A stretch of 64,000 nucleotides of DNA. Origin: Octopus sinensis (lineage: Eukaryota). The notes under the pieces are model-generated. The model was given only the letters and a program-made list of their open reading frames with translations. It was not told where the DNA came from and made no database searches. Within the stretch, counting starts at the first letter, position 1. Each line of letters begins with the position of its first letter. The position numbers and the translations under genes are program-made. Shown one piece after another: positions 38,160-51,310 of the stretch. Location of the stretch: positions 13,454,001-13,518,000 of the forward strand of contig NC_043005.1 of the NCBI RefSeq assembly GCF_006345805.1, given 5' to 3'.

Positions 38160-38561
38160 GGATCTTTTCGGTTTGAACGGCAGTTTTTTCTAGCGGTGTC
38201 ATATGAAATTGTCACCCATAATTATGACCCTAGTATCAATCTATTGCATTTCAATCTCTTTTAGGTTAGGGGGAAGGGTATCTTTTTTTCTTCACAAATG
38301 TAAATAAACCCAATCTGTTTCTTAAACAAGGGACATATTCATACAGCACAGAATGGTTTTTACCTCAATAGACGTATTTGATTGGTTGAAATTGCAGAAA
38401 TTGAAAAAAAAACAACAAATATCTTACAAACTATAGAATTTTCTCAATAAAGCCAAGAGAAAAAGATATTTTATAAACACATTCCATCAGTATACGAAGT
38501 TTAAACTTTTTTAGTTACCTAGAAATTATGTTAAAAACTGCCGGTCAAACCGAAAAGATCC
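38160..38561. mobile_element. Second copy of the GG-terminated MITE, opposite orientation, 8-bp TSD CACATGTA
   Basis: TSD at 38152-38159 and 38562-38569; the interior is the reverse complement of 35922-36331. Confidence 0.8.
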
Positions 38562-38762
38562 CACATGTATCCCGGATCTTATCTACTCTTTTCCTTAACT
38601 CTTAGAAGACTCTGGTCAGCCCTGGGCTATAGTAGAAGACACTTTCTCAAAGTACAGTGTAGCAGGACTAAACCCAAGAGTACATGGTTGGGAAACAAGC
38701 TTCTGAACCACACAGCAATGCCTGTGCTTATGTGTATGTATATATATATGTGTGTGTGTGTG

Positions 38763-39145
38763 GAGGCGCAATGGCCCAGTGGTTAGGGCAGCGGACTCGC
38801 GGTCATAGGATCACAGTTTCGATTCCCAGACCGGGCATTGTGAGTGTTTATTGAGCGAAAACACCTAAAAGCTCCACGAGGCTCCGGCAGGGGATGGTGG
38901 TGATCCCTGCTGTACTCTTTCACCACAACTTTCTCTCACTCTTACTTCCTGTTTCTGTTGTACCTGTATTTCAAAGGGCCGGCCTTGTCACTCTCTGTGT
39001 CACGCTGAATATCCCCGAGAACTGCGTTAAGGGTACACGTGTCTGTGGAGTGCTCAGCCACTTGTACGTTAATTTCACGAGCAGGCTGTTCCGTTGATTC
39101 GGATCAACCAGAACCCTCATCGTCGTAACCGACGGAGTGCTTCCA
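38763..39145 (+). mobile_element. SINE family C; related older copies at about 5488-5805 (+) and 24345-24615 (-)
   Basis: Homologous to 35138-35523. Confidence 0.85.
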
Positions 39146-39619
39146 ATAATCAAATGAATAATAAGAAACAATGGATAATTGTCAGCTCATTACGGCTGTT
39201 TCTTAGGTAACCTTTTAACAGAAAAATGAGAACTGTAATTATTAGATGAGAAGTAATTTTAAGACAGCAAAGGAATATCCCAAGAATACAGCCAGGATGT
39301 GGCTAGAGTCTGTCAAGGCTGACTGTGAAATGGGAGAAAGAGCAGCTATGTTGGCCATTTATGTTAGGAAGGGCATCCAGCCGTAGAAACATTGCTAGAT
39401 CAGACTGGGCCAGGTGCAGCCTTCTGGCTTCCCAGACCCCAGTTGACCCGTCCAACCCATGCTAGCATGGAAAGCGGACGCTAAATGATGATGATGATGA
39501 AAAGGGTGTAATATGACATCTAAGGTCAGTGATCCGGATGAGAAGGAGTCTACTAGGCTAGATTCTAGGAAGGCTGGAGTGGAGTGTAGGAGATAATTTA
39601 TTATAGTAAGCTTGGTGTA

Positions 39620-39654
<35 letters not shown>

Positions 39655-39691
39655 CATCATCATCGTTTAACGTCCGCTTTCGATGATGATG

Positions 39692-39722
<31 letters not shown>

Positions 39723-40069
39723 TATATATGTATGTATTTTAATCAATGAAATTCCAATCCAGTCTGATTTTTATGTTTTATCATTTACAATCTTTACAGT
39801 TTTACAGTATTTATAATAATAGAATATTATATATTTGCTATGATAAAACTAGTACTTTCATACACTATGCAATCATCAGGTTTATGCAATAGTAACAATC
39901 GTTTTCCACAAGTGACAACTGTTGTGAAATGATTAAATTTGTCCTTTAAATACCTTCTGATAGACTCCAGCAGGCTGAATCTTATGACCTGTATTTTGAC
40001 CAATTAGTATGTTGTTTAGATGTCATGGTTTGGTGGGTGTGTCAACTAAGTTTGAATTGTATTTCGACC

Positions 40070-40099
<30 letters not shown>

Positions 40100-40105
<6 letters not shown>

Positions 40106-40290
40106 AGATCGTTAGCCACTACACACATTTTTTTCCTCTTCTTGTTTTTTCTGTGTCCCTTTCTGTAGAAGAGCGTAAGCTCGAAACGTAAAAGACTTTC
40201 TCTATTCCTGAGCGTTATACTAATACATCTGTTTGTTTTGTACACCACCTGTCTTCGTCTTTTGTGTTTTTCGTAAACTCTCCCTATATA
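40100..40290 (+). mobile_element. Penelope-like terminal repeat fragment with a hammerhead variant (40159-40194)
   Basis: CTTT CTGTAGA A GAGC-GTAA-GCTC GAAAC GTA AAAG; flanked by (TA)n. Confidence 0.45.
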
Positions 40291-40407
40291 TATATATATA
40301 TACATACAGAGAGAGAGAGAGAGAACAAGCGAGAGTGAGAGAAAGGATTAGTCAAAGAGACTTCAACTTATAAACCATGAAACACAAGAAAATTCCTTAC
40401 AGTTTGT

Positions 40408-40413
40408 TTTATT
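40408..40413 (-). terminator. Candidate polyadenylation signal AATAAA for the transporter gene
   Basis: Plus-strand tttatt about 50 nt past the proposed stop; common in AT-rich DNA. Confidence 0.35.
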
Positions 40414-40462
40414 AATAAAATACTATAGCTGTTATGGTTGAAAGACAAAAGCGTTGAATGAA

Positions 40463-40607
40463 TCAAATAATGTCACGGTCCATTGGTCGAAGAGTAGGAC
40501 TATGTTGTTCGTCAACAGATACCCTTGTGTAGGATCTAGCAGATGGACAATATCTGGTGAAACGGAAGCAGCATCTCTGCCACAGATGAGGTTTGTTGGG
40601 TGGTCGT
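40463..40607 (-). CDS. SLC2A10: Probable last coding exon of the GLUT10/12-like transporter (cytoplasmic tail RPPNKPH...SYTRVSVDEQ...DRDII*)
   Basis: Pyrimidine-rich ttccacttccag| acceptor with phase 2 matching the previous exon; open to TGA at 40465-40463; AATAAA about 50 nt downstream. The tail is poorly conserved, so the assignment is inferred. Confidence 0.65.
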
Positions 40608-41252
40608 CTGGAAGTGGAAATTAGAAATGGATTAATTGACATATTATCATGTTTAATGGCAGTTGTGATGGTAATGGTGGTGGGTTCAAAACATAAGAGT
40701 GCTATCACATTCTTAACTGAAGTATGGTAAAGGGTTAACAGTATTATTATTAAGCAAAATTAAATCTCTGAATGAGATGTAAACAGTAGCAGCATGGAAT
40801 CAAAGTATATTTGCCAACTAAATGTGGCAGTCCCATAGAGGACGATACTACTGTTGTCTTTTAGCCCCAGGAGGACATATCCTCCAGCTGTGTCAATAGT
40901 GAGCTGGAGATGTTCTCCTGGGGCTAGAAACAACAGTAGCATCGTCTTCTATGGGACTGCCATTCACACAAAAGTAATTCAAGGAGCTTATATTTAAATT
41001 TGCAGGAATATTTACTTTCTGCAAGCTTACATTAGAAAAGAATATAAACTTCTTTATAAAGCATATAAAAATTAGCTGTACTAAACATTGCATTTATATT
41101 ACATAGAGTACTTTCAATACAATAGAAATTAGAATAACCAAAACAAAAGAAAAAACCCAGAAAAAAATTCTCCAAATACTGTACATATCCAAGGCAAACC
41201 AATTGCATTTGGAAATGCAGTAAAAGCATAAAATAAAGACAACATAATAATA

Positions 41253-41286
<34 letters not shown>

Positions 41287-41418
41287 GGTTTCAAATTTTG
41301 CTACAGGGACAGCAATTTTGGGGGATGGGATGAGTCGATTACATCAATCCCTGTGTTCAACTGGTACTTATTTTATCGACCTCGAAAGGATGAAAGGCAA
41401 AATAGACCTCAGTGGAAC

Positions 41419-41457
<39 letters not shown>

Positions 41458-42040
41458 TCTACTAAAGGCACAAAGCCTTTTGGGTAGTGGGGACGAATTG
41501 ATCACATCGACCCCATTGTGTAACTGGTACTTAATTTATAAACTCTGAAAGGATGAAAGGCAAAGTTGACCTCGGTGGAATTTGAACCCAGAATATAAAA
41601 GATGGGCGGAATACTGCTAAGCATTTCATCCAGCATGCTAACAATTCTTTTCATGCTGGCATGGGTTGGACAGTTTGACAGGGACAGGAGCTGGCCAGTC
41701 AGGAGCCTGCACCAGACTTCTGTGTCTGTTCTGGTACGGTTTTTACAGCTGGATCCCCTTCCTAATACCAACCACCCAGCAGATTGGACACCTTAAAATA
41801 ATAATGAGGGTGGTTTCAAATTTTAGCATAAGGCCAGCAGTGTTTGAGCGGGGGGGGGGTAGTCGAGTACATTGACCCACTGGCCCCAAATACTTGAGTG
41901 GTACTTATTTTATTAACCTCAAAAAGGATGAAAGGCAAAGTTGAGATAGTGTACTAAAAATTCTGTTAGCTCACTGCCTTCATAATAACAATAATAATGA
42001 TGACTTCTTTATTGACCACAAAGGGTTTATATTAAGAAAT

Positions 42041-42625
42041 AATGAGGGGTAAAGATGAGGGGCAAAGATGAGTGGCAAAGATGAGTGGCAAAGATGAATG
42101 GCAAAGATGAGTGGCAAAGATGAGTGGCAAAGATGAATGGCAAAGATGAGTGGCAAAGTTGAATGGCAAAGATGAGTGGCAAAGATGAGTGGCAAAGATG
42201 AATGGCAAAGATGAGTGGCAAAGATGAGTGGCAAAGATGAATGGCAAAGATGAGTGGCAAAGAAGAAAGGCAAAGATGAGTGGCAAAGATGAGTGGCAAA
42301 GATGAATGGCAAAGATGAATGGCAAAGATGAGTGGCAAAGAAGAAAGGCAAATATGAACGGCGAAGATGAGTGGCAAAGATGAGTGGCAAAGATGAATGG
42401 CAAAGATGAGTGGCAAAGATGAATGGCAAAGATGAGTGGCAAAGAAGAAAGGCAAAGATGAGTGGCAAAGATGAGTGGCAAAGATGAATGGCAAAGATGA
42501 GTGGCAAAGATGAACGGCAAAGATGAACGGCAAAGATGAATGGCAAAGATAAATGACAAAGATGAGTGGCAAAGATGAATGGCAAAGATGAGTGGCAAAG
42601 ATGAATGGTAAAGATGAATGGGAAA
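42041..42625. repeat. 13-bp minisatellite (GATGAGTGGCAAA), about 45 units
   Basis: 585 bp = 45 x 13; variants GATGAATGGCAAA and GAAGAAAGGCAAA. Confidence 0.97.
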
Positions 42626-44159
42626 GTTGAATAGCATTTGAACTCAGAACATAAAGAGCCATAAGAAATGCCACTAAGCATTTTGTTAGGCGGGCGAAAG
42701 ATAATATCAATTAATCTTTATTAAAAGAAAATGAAAAATTATCATTATTATTATTATTATTAGTAAATTATTCGACAAAACAATTATTACTTTAAAATCT
42801 TTATTGTTGGTTTAACAGCTAAATGAAAAAATAAAATTATTCAAATCACAAAGATTAAAAATAAATAGATTAGTATAAACCATGCAAGTGGGACAGTTAG
42901 AACCCTTCGCCAATAGTTTAGGAGGTTAAAAATTGATAAAAAAATAAAATTTCTAAACACTTTCAGTGTATTGTGTGTTGCTTTGGTCTCATGTTTAAAA
43001 AATTATTTCTTATTTAGGCACAAAGTCTCTTGGAACGTAGATACAAGATCTCGAATACTGGAGGTGGTTTAAAATTAATATACCAGTACCTATGGTTTAC
43101 AGAAAACAAGGTATTTTGTCCAGGTCCAGTACTATACCAATTCTGTCATCCACCACTCTCATTTATATATAAATAAGAGAATTTGAACCCAGAATCAGTA
43201 AAGATGGATGGAATGCGTATTAAGCATTTAGCTCAGTGTGCTAATGGTTCTACCATTTCATCGCCTTGAGCTGAAGATATTTTTCAAATTTTAACCACTG
43301 GGATAGCAATTTCAGTGAAGGAGATAGAGTTGATTACATTAACCCCTCATGCTCAACTGATATTTATTTTATCGACCATGAAAGAAGGAAAGAGAAAGTT
43401 GACCCCAGCGGAATTTGGATGCAGAAGGTAAGGACGGCTGTATAATGGTTTCTGACTGAGGTACAAGGTCTAAGTCAATAGGTCAGTCAATACCATCTAC
43501 TACAGTACTTCACTAGTACTTATTTTATCAACCATGGAGGGATGAGGGCAAAGTTGACTCTGGTAGGATTTGAATTCAGAATGCAAAGAATCAGAAGAAA
43601 CATTGGTTTAAAACTTTGGTACTAGACCAGTAAGTTCAGAGGGGAAGGGCTAAATTGATTACATTGCCTCTCCCCGCAGTGTTCAACTAGTACTTATTTA
43701 GTTGACCCTGAATGAAAGCCAAAGTTGATCTCAGTGGAATTTGAACTCAGAAATGTAAAGACGGACAAAATGCCACTAAGCATTTAATCCAGTGTACCAA
43801 TAATTCCGCCACCTCACCACCATAACCAGAAGAAATATTAGTTTCAAATTTTTATCACAGGGCCAGGAATTTCAGGAAAGGAGATAAGTTGATTACATCA
43901 AACCCCCCAGTAGTCAACTGGTACTTTTTTTAACGATCTGGAAAGGATGAAAGGCAAAGTCAACTGAAGCGGAATTTGGACTCAGAAGGAAAGAATAGAT
44001 GAAAAGCTGCTAAGCATTTTGCCTGTCAGCTCACTGCCTTAACCAAAGAAAATATGGCAAAGCATTTTTTTTTCTGCTGCTCTTACAATTCTGCTAGATT
44101 GATGTGAATATTACACAATCGCACTAGCTCCTCTTCAATGAATACCAATCTTTATACTC

Positions 44160-44365
44160 TTGACTCTCTTTTACTCTTTTACTTGTTTCAGTCGTTTGAC
44201 TGTGGCCATGCTGGAGCACCGCCTTTAGTCAAGCAAATTGATCCCCAGGACTTATTCTTTTTAAGCCTAGCACTTATTCTATGGGTCTCTTTTGCCGAAC
44301 CACAAACACACCAGCATCGGTTGTCAAGTGATGTTGTGGGGACAAACACAGACACACAAACATAT

Positions 44366-44413
<48 letters not shown>

Positions 44414-44488
44414 TATATATACGACGGGCTTCTTTCAGTTTCCATCTACCAAATGTTTGGGAGGACAAACACAGACACACAAACATAT

Positions 44489-44528
<40 letters not shown>

Positions 44529-44691
44529 GATGGCCTTCTTTCAGTTTCTGTCTATCAAATCCACTCACAAGGCTTTGGTCAGCCCGAGGCTATAGTAGAA
44601 GACACTTGCCCAAGGTGCCACGCAGTAGGACTGAACCTGGAACCATGTGATTGGTAAGCAAGCTACTTACCACACAGCCACTCCTACGCCT
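44160..44691 (-). mobile_element. SINE family A with an internal duplication of the microsatellite-containing middle
   Basis: GGACAAACACAGACACACAAAC..(TA)n..TACGA.GG..TTCTTTCAGTTTC occurs twice. Confidence 0.8.
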
Positions 44692-45979
44692 ATTACGTAT
44701 ATAAAAACAAAAAAAAAAATTATTAGATTAGAAGTATTTATATATAGGTCTCTCGCCTTATAATAGAAACATAATTTATCAAGGCAATATAATCTAATGT
44801 AAAGTTTGATATATATTAATAACATCAACACCAATACACCAGAGCAGTTTAGACAATTATCACCATTTATATCAAAAATATTAATCTAAAGTATTAATCT
44901 ACATCATATTCTATTTTGTTAAGATGCCCGTCACCAAAAAATATTGTACAAAAATTATACCGAAACGATTACTGAGCAATTCCGTTGATTTTTCTTTTCT
45001 TTAAAAATTTCAAGTCTATTCATATATATATCTTTATTGTTTTTATGTGTATATATATAGTTAGTTATTGTTGTTCAGACCTCAAGTCAACTCTGATCAA
45101 GCATACACACGAGATCAAAAATGTTCCAGTTGTGGACATCTTATCTGGGGATAGGGTGGTTATATTTTCTGTGTTCTTCCTTTTACTAAAGCAATAAAGT
45201 GTGCTACTTCTAGCATGTTGGGTGTCTGCATATGTGCATGAATACGACAGTTTGTTTTTGCAAGTATGGGTATGAATGTGTGTGTATTGGTATGTGTATG
45301 GGGGTGTGTGTATATGTATGATTGGACACGTGTGTATATGGTATTATTTGCTTAACACCAGGTCAACCTGATTGACCAGACTAATAACCAAAGAGGTTAC
45401 AGCCATGACTATCCCCTCTGTTTAGTACATCAACACAACTCTGTCCAATGTATTACTCTGCCACCTTTTCAAGACATTGATTAAGGATACGAATTTAGGG
45501 AAGTTTGGCTGTTATTTTTAGCAGGTTGAACAACAATAAAGGCTTCCTCATTGCCTCTCCAAGTACATGTATATATCTGCAAGTAAGTGTGTAAGTGTAA
45601 TTAAGAGTAAGTGCCTGTAATTATTTATAAGTATGCGTATATGGGTAATATCTATGTGATTTATGAGTTATTTTGCTTTTTGCTTTTTTTTTGGAGGGGG
45701 GGGGGTATTTTGTTTGTTACACTAATTAAATTCTTGTTCCATCCATCATTTCATTTAGATTGAAATATTCTATTCAATGCATTAGAAATGGTCCCTGCTT
45801 TTAATTCCTAGTTTTTCCTCCTTCGCTCTTTTATTGACAAACATTGCTGTAAATAAATAGACAGATTAAATAAATACACATGCGTATGTCACCCCACCCG
45901 CCACACACATATTTAATAACATTTACAAGAAGAGTGACCGTGAGTTCACAGTTTCACCCTGCTTACCTTCATCAGCCCT

Positions 45980-46200
45980 CTTACTCTTTACTCTTTTACT
46001 TGTTTCAGTCATTTGACTGTGGCCATACTGGAGCACCACCTTTTAGTTGAGCAAATCGACCCCAGGACTTATTCTTTGTAAGCCTAGTACTTATTCTATT
46101 GGTCTCTTTTGCCGAACCACTAAGTTACGGGGACGTAAACACACCAGCATCGGTTGTCAAGTGATGTTGGGGAGACAAACACAGACACATAAACATATAT

Positions 46201-46235
<35 letters not shown>

Positions 46236-46398
46236 CGACAGGCTTCTTTCAGTCTCCATCTGCCAAATCCACTCACAAGGCTTTGGTCGGCCCGAGGCTA
46301 TAGTAGAAGACACTTGCCCAAGGTGCCACGCAGTGGGACTGAACCCGGAACCATGTGGTTTGTAAGCAAGCTATTTACCACACAGCTACTCCTACGCC
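45980..46398 (-). mobile_element. SINE family A
   Basis: Homologous to 13640-14046. Confidence 0.85.
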
Positions 46399-47189
46399 TC
46401 TTCTTGTAAAAAGTTAATAAACATGTAATTTACTGAAAGGTATCGAGTAATTCTTCAGTTTAATGTTAAATTGTTTTTATAATAATAATGAAATTATTGT
46501 GTATATTACTCAGGTGCACTACAACTCATCAAAGGTGCATGTACAGTACATAGAATTATGTAAAAAAAAAAGTCAGGCAAGTGAACAGGGTATGAGTCAT
46601 GATACACATGTGTGCATGCCTATGGAGGTAGAGATATCAGGATTGTCCAAAATGTAACATATATCGATACATCAGAGATATAAAAAATAAATAAAAATAT
46701 GAAAATATATGAATACTAAAAATATACATGGACATATAGGTATATAGATACATAAACATACTAATAATAGAACATAGATAAAAATAATAGTGGAATATAG
46801 ATAAAACACGTATTAAAAAAAATTTTAAATATGGTATCGTAATAGGCATTAAAATAAGTTTGGGGTTACATCTTTGAAGAAATAGAGTGTTCCGACAATG
46901 GTTTTTGGAACTCAATCGTCCAAATTTCAGATGAACCTTAAGATTCATTTCCAGAAAATGCCCCCTTCATCAGGGAAAAAGGAAAATGATGTTTATTTTA
47001 GATATGTGTTCAGTTCTTTATGAAGTGTATGAGAAAATTGGATGCTTTTATAGAAGAGGAGATATAGCTATGTAAATTACGTTTTATGAGGGCTGATGGG
47101 AGTAAAATTAGATTGCTTACTTTCTTAAAATTTATATTTATTTATATATTTATATATTAAAATTTATATATATATATATATCTCACTCA

Positions 47190-47589
47190 TTCTCATTTAC
47201 TCATTTACTTGTTTCAGTCATTTGACTGTGGCCATGCTGGAGCACCACCTTTAGTCGAGGAAATCGACCCCAGGACTTATTCTTTGTAAGCCTAGTACTT
47301 ATTCCATCGGTCTCTTTTGCTGAACTGCTGAGTTACAGGGACGTAAACACACCAGCATCGGTTGTCAAGCGATGTTGGGGGGATAAACACAACACACAAA
47401 CATACACACATATATATATACATATATATGATGGGCTTCTTTCAGTTTCCGTCTACCAAATCCACTCACAAGGCTTTGGTTGGCCCAGGGCTATAGTAGA
47501 AGACACTTGCCCAAGGTGCCACGCAGTGGGACTGATCCTGGAACCATATGGTTGGTAAGCAAGCTACTTACCACACAGCCACTCCTACG

Positions 47590-47592
<3 letters not shown>
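47190..47592 (-). mobile_element. SINE family A
   Basis: Homologous to 13640-14046. Confidence 0.85.
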
Positions 47593-47627
<35 letters not shown>

Positions 47628-50535
47628 CAATGGGCTTTTACGCAGTTTCTATCACAAATTCACTCACAAGGCACTGATCAGCCTAAGGCTGTAAAAAGCT
47701 CTTGCTAAAGGTGCTGTGTAGTGGAACAAACCCAAGTTTCTTAACCACAGCAATACCTGCACCTGTGAAATATGTTGGACTATTATGAAAGGAGTTCCAT
47801 ACTAATAACAAATTGTGCAATTTCACTACAGGACAAAAGAATTGCAGTAATTTATCAGTAAAAGCACACTGATCTTGGGAAGAGATATAATGTTCTTGCC
47901 TTCAGGGTGCCAAATGCTACTCTCCTTCATCAATGTTTACATTTCAAAAAAGCAATAAAAGCTCTCCAGGCATTCATAACATAAAAATCAAACATTTTCC
48001 TACAACCATTAAAATGCTCTTGTTATACGAGACAACTTACACAGCTGTTTTAATCAGTAAATCATAAGGAACGGCTGTTTTAAATTCAAGAATTTGCTTT
48101 TCATATTTAGGAATTATGCAACTGAATAACATTTTTTTTTTAAAGTGTTACAATGCAAGTTTTGAAATAAAGTGCAACCAGAAGCAAAACTGCATATACA
48201 TCATCATCATCATCATCATTTAACGTCCGCTTTCCATGCTAGCGTGGGTTGGACGGTTCAACTGGGGTCTGTGAAGCCAGAAGGCTGCATCAGGCCCAGT
48301 CTGATCTGGCAGTGTTTCTACGGCTGGATGCTCTTCCTAACGCCAACCACTCCGTGAGTGTAGTGGGTGCTTTTTACGTGCCACCTGCACAGGTGCCAGA
48401 CGGAGCTGGCAAACAGCCACGGAGGGATGGTGCTTTTTACGTGCCACCGGCACGGGGACCAGGCAAGGCTGGCAACGGCCACATACATATATGTATTAAA
48501 AAAAAACGTTGAACACAATAATAAATAAATATAGGGATTATATTATTAAAATACCATCACGAGTGGCAAGCGAATTATCAGCCATATAGGCAAATTAATA
48601 AAATATATACATACAATATTAGATATGTACATATATAGATTTGTGACTATTTGGTGATACAGAAGTATTTTTGACTTCTATTTTAGTGATATAGGTGCTC
48701 ATGTAGTACCCTTGTGTATAAATGTGCATATCTAATATTGTATGTATATATTTTAGCCCTTCTTGTCTGTGTTACTGTTATTCCCCTTGTCCTGTCTTTT
48801 ACTGCTTATATTTTATACAAATCAAAATCGAAGAATCAAATCAAATCGAAATCGATCCACATCAATGGAATTTGTAGTTTGTGGTACCAGTGCCAGTGGC
48901 ACATAAGAGAACCATCCGAACGTGGCCATAGCCAGCACCGCATCGACTGGCCTCCACGCTGGTGGCACGTAACGAACACCATCCGATCGTGGCTGTGCCA
49001 GCCCTGCCTGGCCTCCGTGCCGGTGGCACGTAAAAACACCATCCGAGCGTGGCCGTTCGCCAGCCTCGTCTGGCACCTGTGTCGGTGGCACATAAAAAGC
49101 ACCCACTACACTCACGGAGTGGTTGGCGTTAAGGAAGGGCATCCAGCTGTAGAAACACCACCAGATCCGATGGCCTGGTACAGCCTTCGGGCTTCTCAGA
49201 CCCCAGTTAAACCGTCCAACCCATGGTAGCATGGAAAGCGGACGTTAAATGATGATGATTATGATATGTCAAGTTTATGGAGGCACATAACTGTGATAAT
49301 GAAGTGTATAAGAAGGTAGATGCATGCTCTCTATACTTTTGTCATGTTGAAAAAGAAAGGTGGGAGTCTCCTAATTCCCCCAACCCTATTTTCTGTACAC
49401 CAAAAGCCTAATGCGAATATATTTACAATCTTATATAATTCATTATCATAGCTAAAGGCGGAACCACCACTACCATCATCATTGTGGTCATGAACGTTTA
49501 ATGCACATTTTCCATGCTAGTATAGATGGATAACAGGAGCTGGTCAGCTGGATAGCTTTTCAGACTCCCAATTGCTTGTTGTGGCCTGGTTTCTATGGCT
49601 AGATGCCCTTCCAAATACCTGTTTCTTTTATACCCACAAGGGGCTAAACATAGAGGGGACAAACAAGGATAGACAAACGGATTAAGTCGATTACATCAAC
49701 CCCAGAGCATAACTGGTACTTAATTTATCGACCCTGGAAGGATGAAAGGCAAAGTCAACCTCGGCAGAATTTGAACTCAGAACGTAACAGCAGATGAAAT
49801 ATCGCTAAGCATTTTGCCCAGTGTGCTAACGTTTCTGCCAGCTCGCCGCCCTTCCTAATACCAACCACTTTACAGAGTATGTGGGGAGCTTTTTATGTGC
49901 CACTGGCATGGGTGCATTCACACAGCACCATCACAAGTGAATTTTAGGTGGCACTGCCACCTGTAAAGGACAAGCCTGTATGTATGGATGACAGTGGTTT
50001 TACTCAGCTTGATGTGTCTTCTCAAGTACAGCAAATCACAAGAACTCCCAGTCCCTTGCCATTTCCTCAGTGAGGCCCAGCATCTGAAGATCCTTTCTCA
50101 CCACTTCGTCCCACATCTTTCTGGGTCTACCTCTTCCACAATCACAGCTTAGCACTTCTTTATGCAGCTGTCCTCATCTACATGCACCTCCAAATATTTG
50201 AATATATTTCAGGCAACAAACTATAAAAACTAAAACATCATCATCATCATCATTTAGCATCCGTTTTCCATATTGGCATGGGTTACATGGTTTGACTGGA
50301 ACTGGTAAGCTGGAGAGCAGCACCAGGTTCCAGTCTGATTTGGCATGGTTTCTATGGCTGGATGCTCTGCCTAATGCCAACCACTCCATAAAGTGTAAAA
50401 TGTCTTTTACATGTCACCAGCACAAGTGACTTTAATGTGTCACCAACACAATTCACAATTTTAAAAAATCCTAACAAACTAAAATGAAATAAGAAAAAAC
50501 AAAAGAACAAAAGTTAAGTGCAATGGTTTACTTAC

Positions 50536-50668
50536 ATCGTTGATAGTTCACGAGCAATCTGCTCTAGGGTTTTGTTTTTGGTCTCTGGGACACAGTAGAA
50601 GATAAATATAAATGCAATGGATGAGATAACAGCGAATAAGAGAAATGTCCATGGCAATGTGATGAGGT
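50536..50668 (-). CDS. SLC2A10: GLUT10/12-like transporter exon (TM12, VPETKNKTLEQIARELST)
   Basis: PETK motif; tttgcag| acceptor and AT|GTAAGT donor; 133 nt, phase 1/2. Confidence 0.94.
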
Positions 50669-50867
50669 CTGCAAAGAAAAGAGAAAGTTGAATTTTGTTT
50701 TTGTCTTTTAAATTTTATTTTGGATGACGGAGAAGTTAGGTGGATAATTCAAAACAGTGGATCTCCAGTAGGGTCCATATGTCCCCTGAGGGTTCATATA
50801 AGATTTTTGGGAGTTCATGCAACAAAATAGTAAATTGAGTATAAAAAATAATAATAAATGCACCTTT

Positions 50868-51310
50868 TTAAAACCTAGCCAGGCTCATGGGCCCGGTTTC
50901 CCGGTTTCTATAGCGTTTGTGTTCCCCAGCTAGATGGGACGCCAGTCCATTGCAGCGTTACTCATTTTTGCCAGCTGAGTGGACTGGGGCAATGTGAAAT
51001 GAAGTGTTTTGCTCAAGAACACAACGCGTCATCCGTCCAGGAGTTGAAACCACAATCTTACGATCATAGTGCTGACACCCTAACTTCCACTTGCACTCTT
51101 TTAAAGCCTAGCCAGGCTCATGGGGCCCAGTTTCCTGGTTTCTATGGCATATGTGCTCCCCAGCTGGATGGGACGCCAGTCCATCACAGCATTACTCATT
51201 TTTGCCAGCTGTGTGAACTGGAGCAACGTGCAATGAAATGTTTTGCTCAAGAACACAATGCGTCGCCCGGTCCAGGAATCGAAACCACAATCTTACAATC
51301 ATGGTGCTGG
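50868..51310 (-). mobile_element. Two tandem copies of another tRNA-headed SINE
   Basis: Units at about 50868-51085 and 51098-51310 share CCTAGCCAGGCTCATGGG...GAAACCACAATCTTAC. Confidence 0.7.

Noticed and set aside
41980-42710. 200-230-aa repetitive ORFs (FATHLCHSSLP), and a possible CRISPR reading of the array
   Set aside because: This is a spacer-less 13-bp minisatellite (a 39-nt period keeps frames open). There are no unique spacers or cas genes, and the context is eukaryotic.
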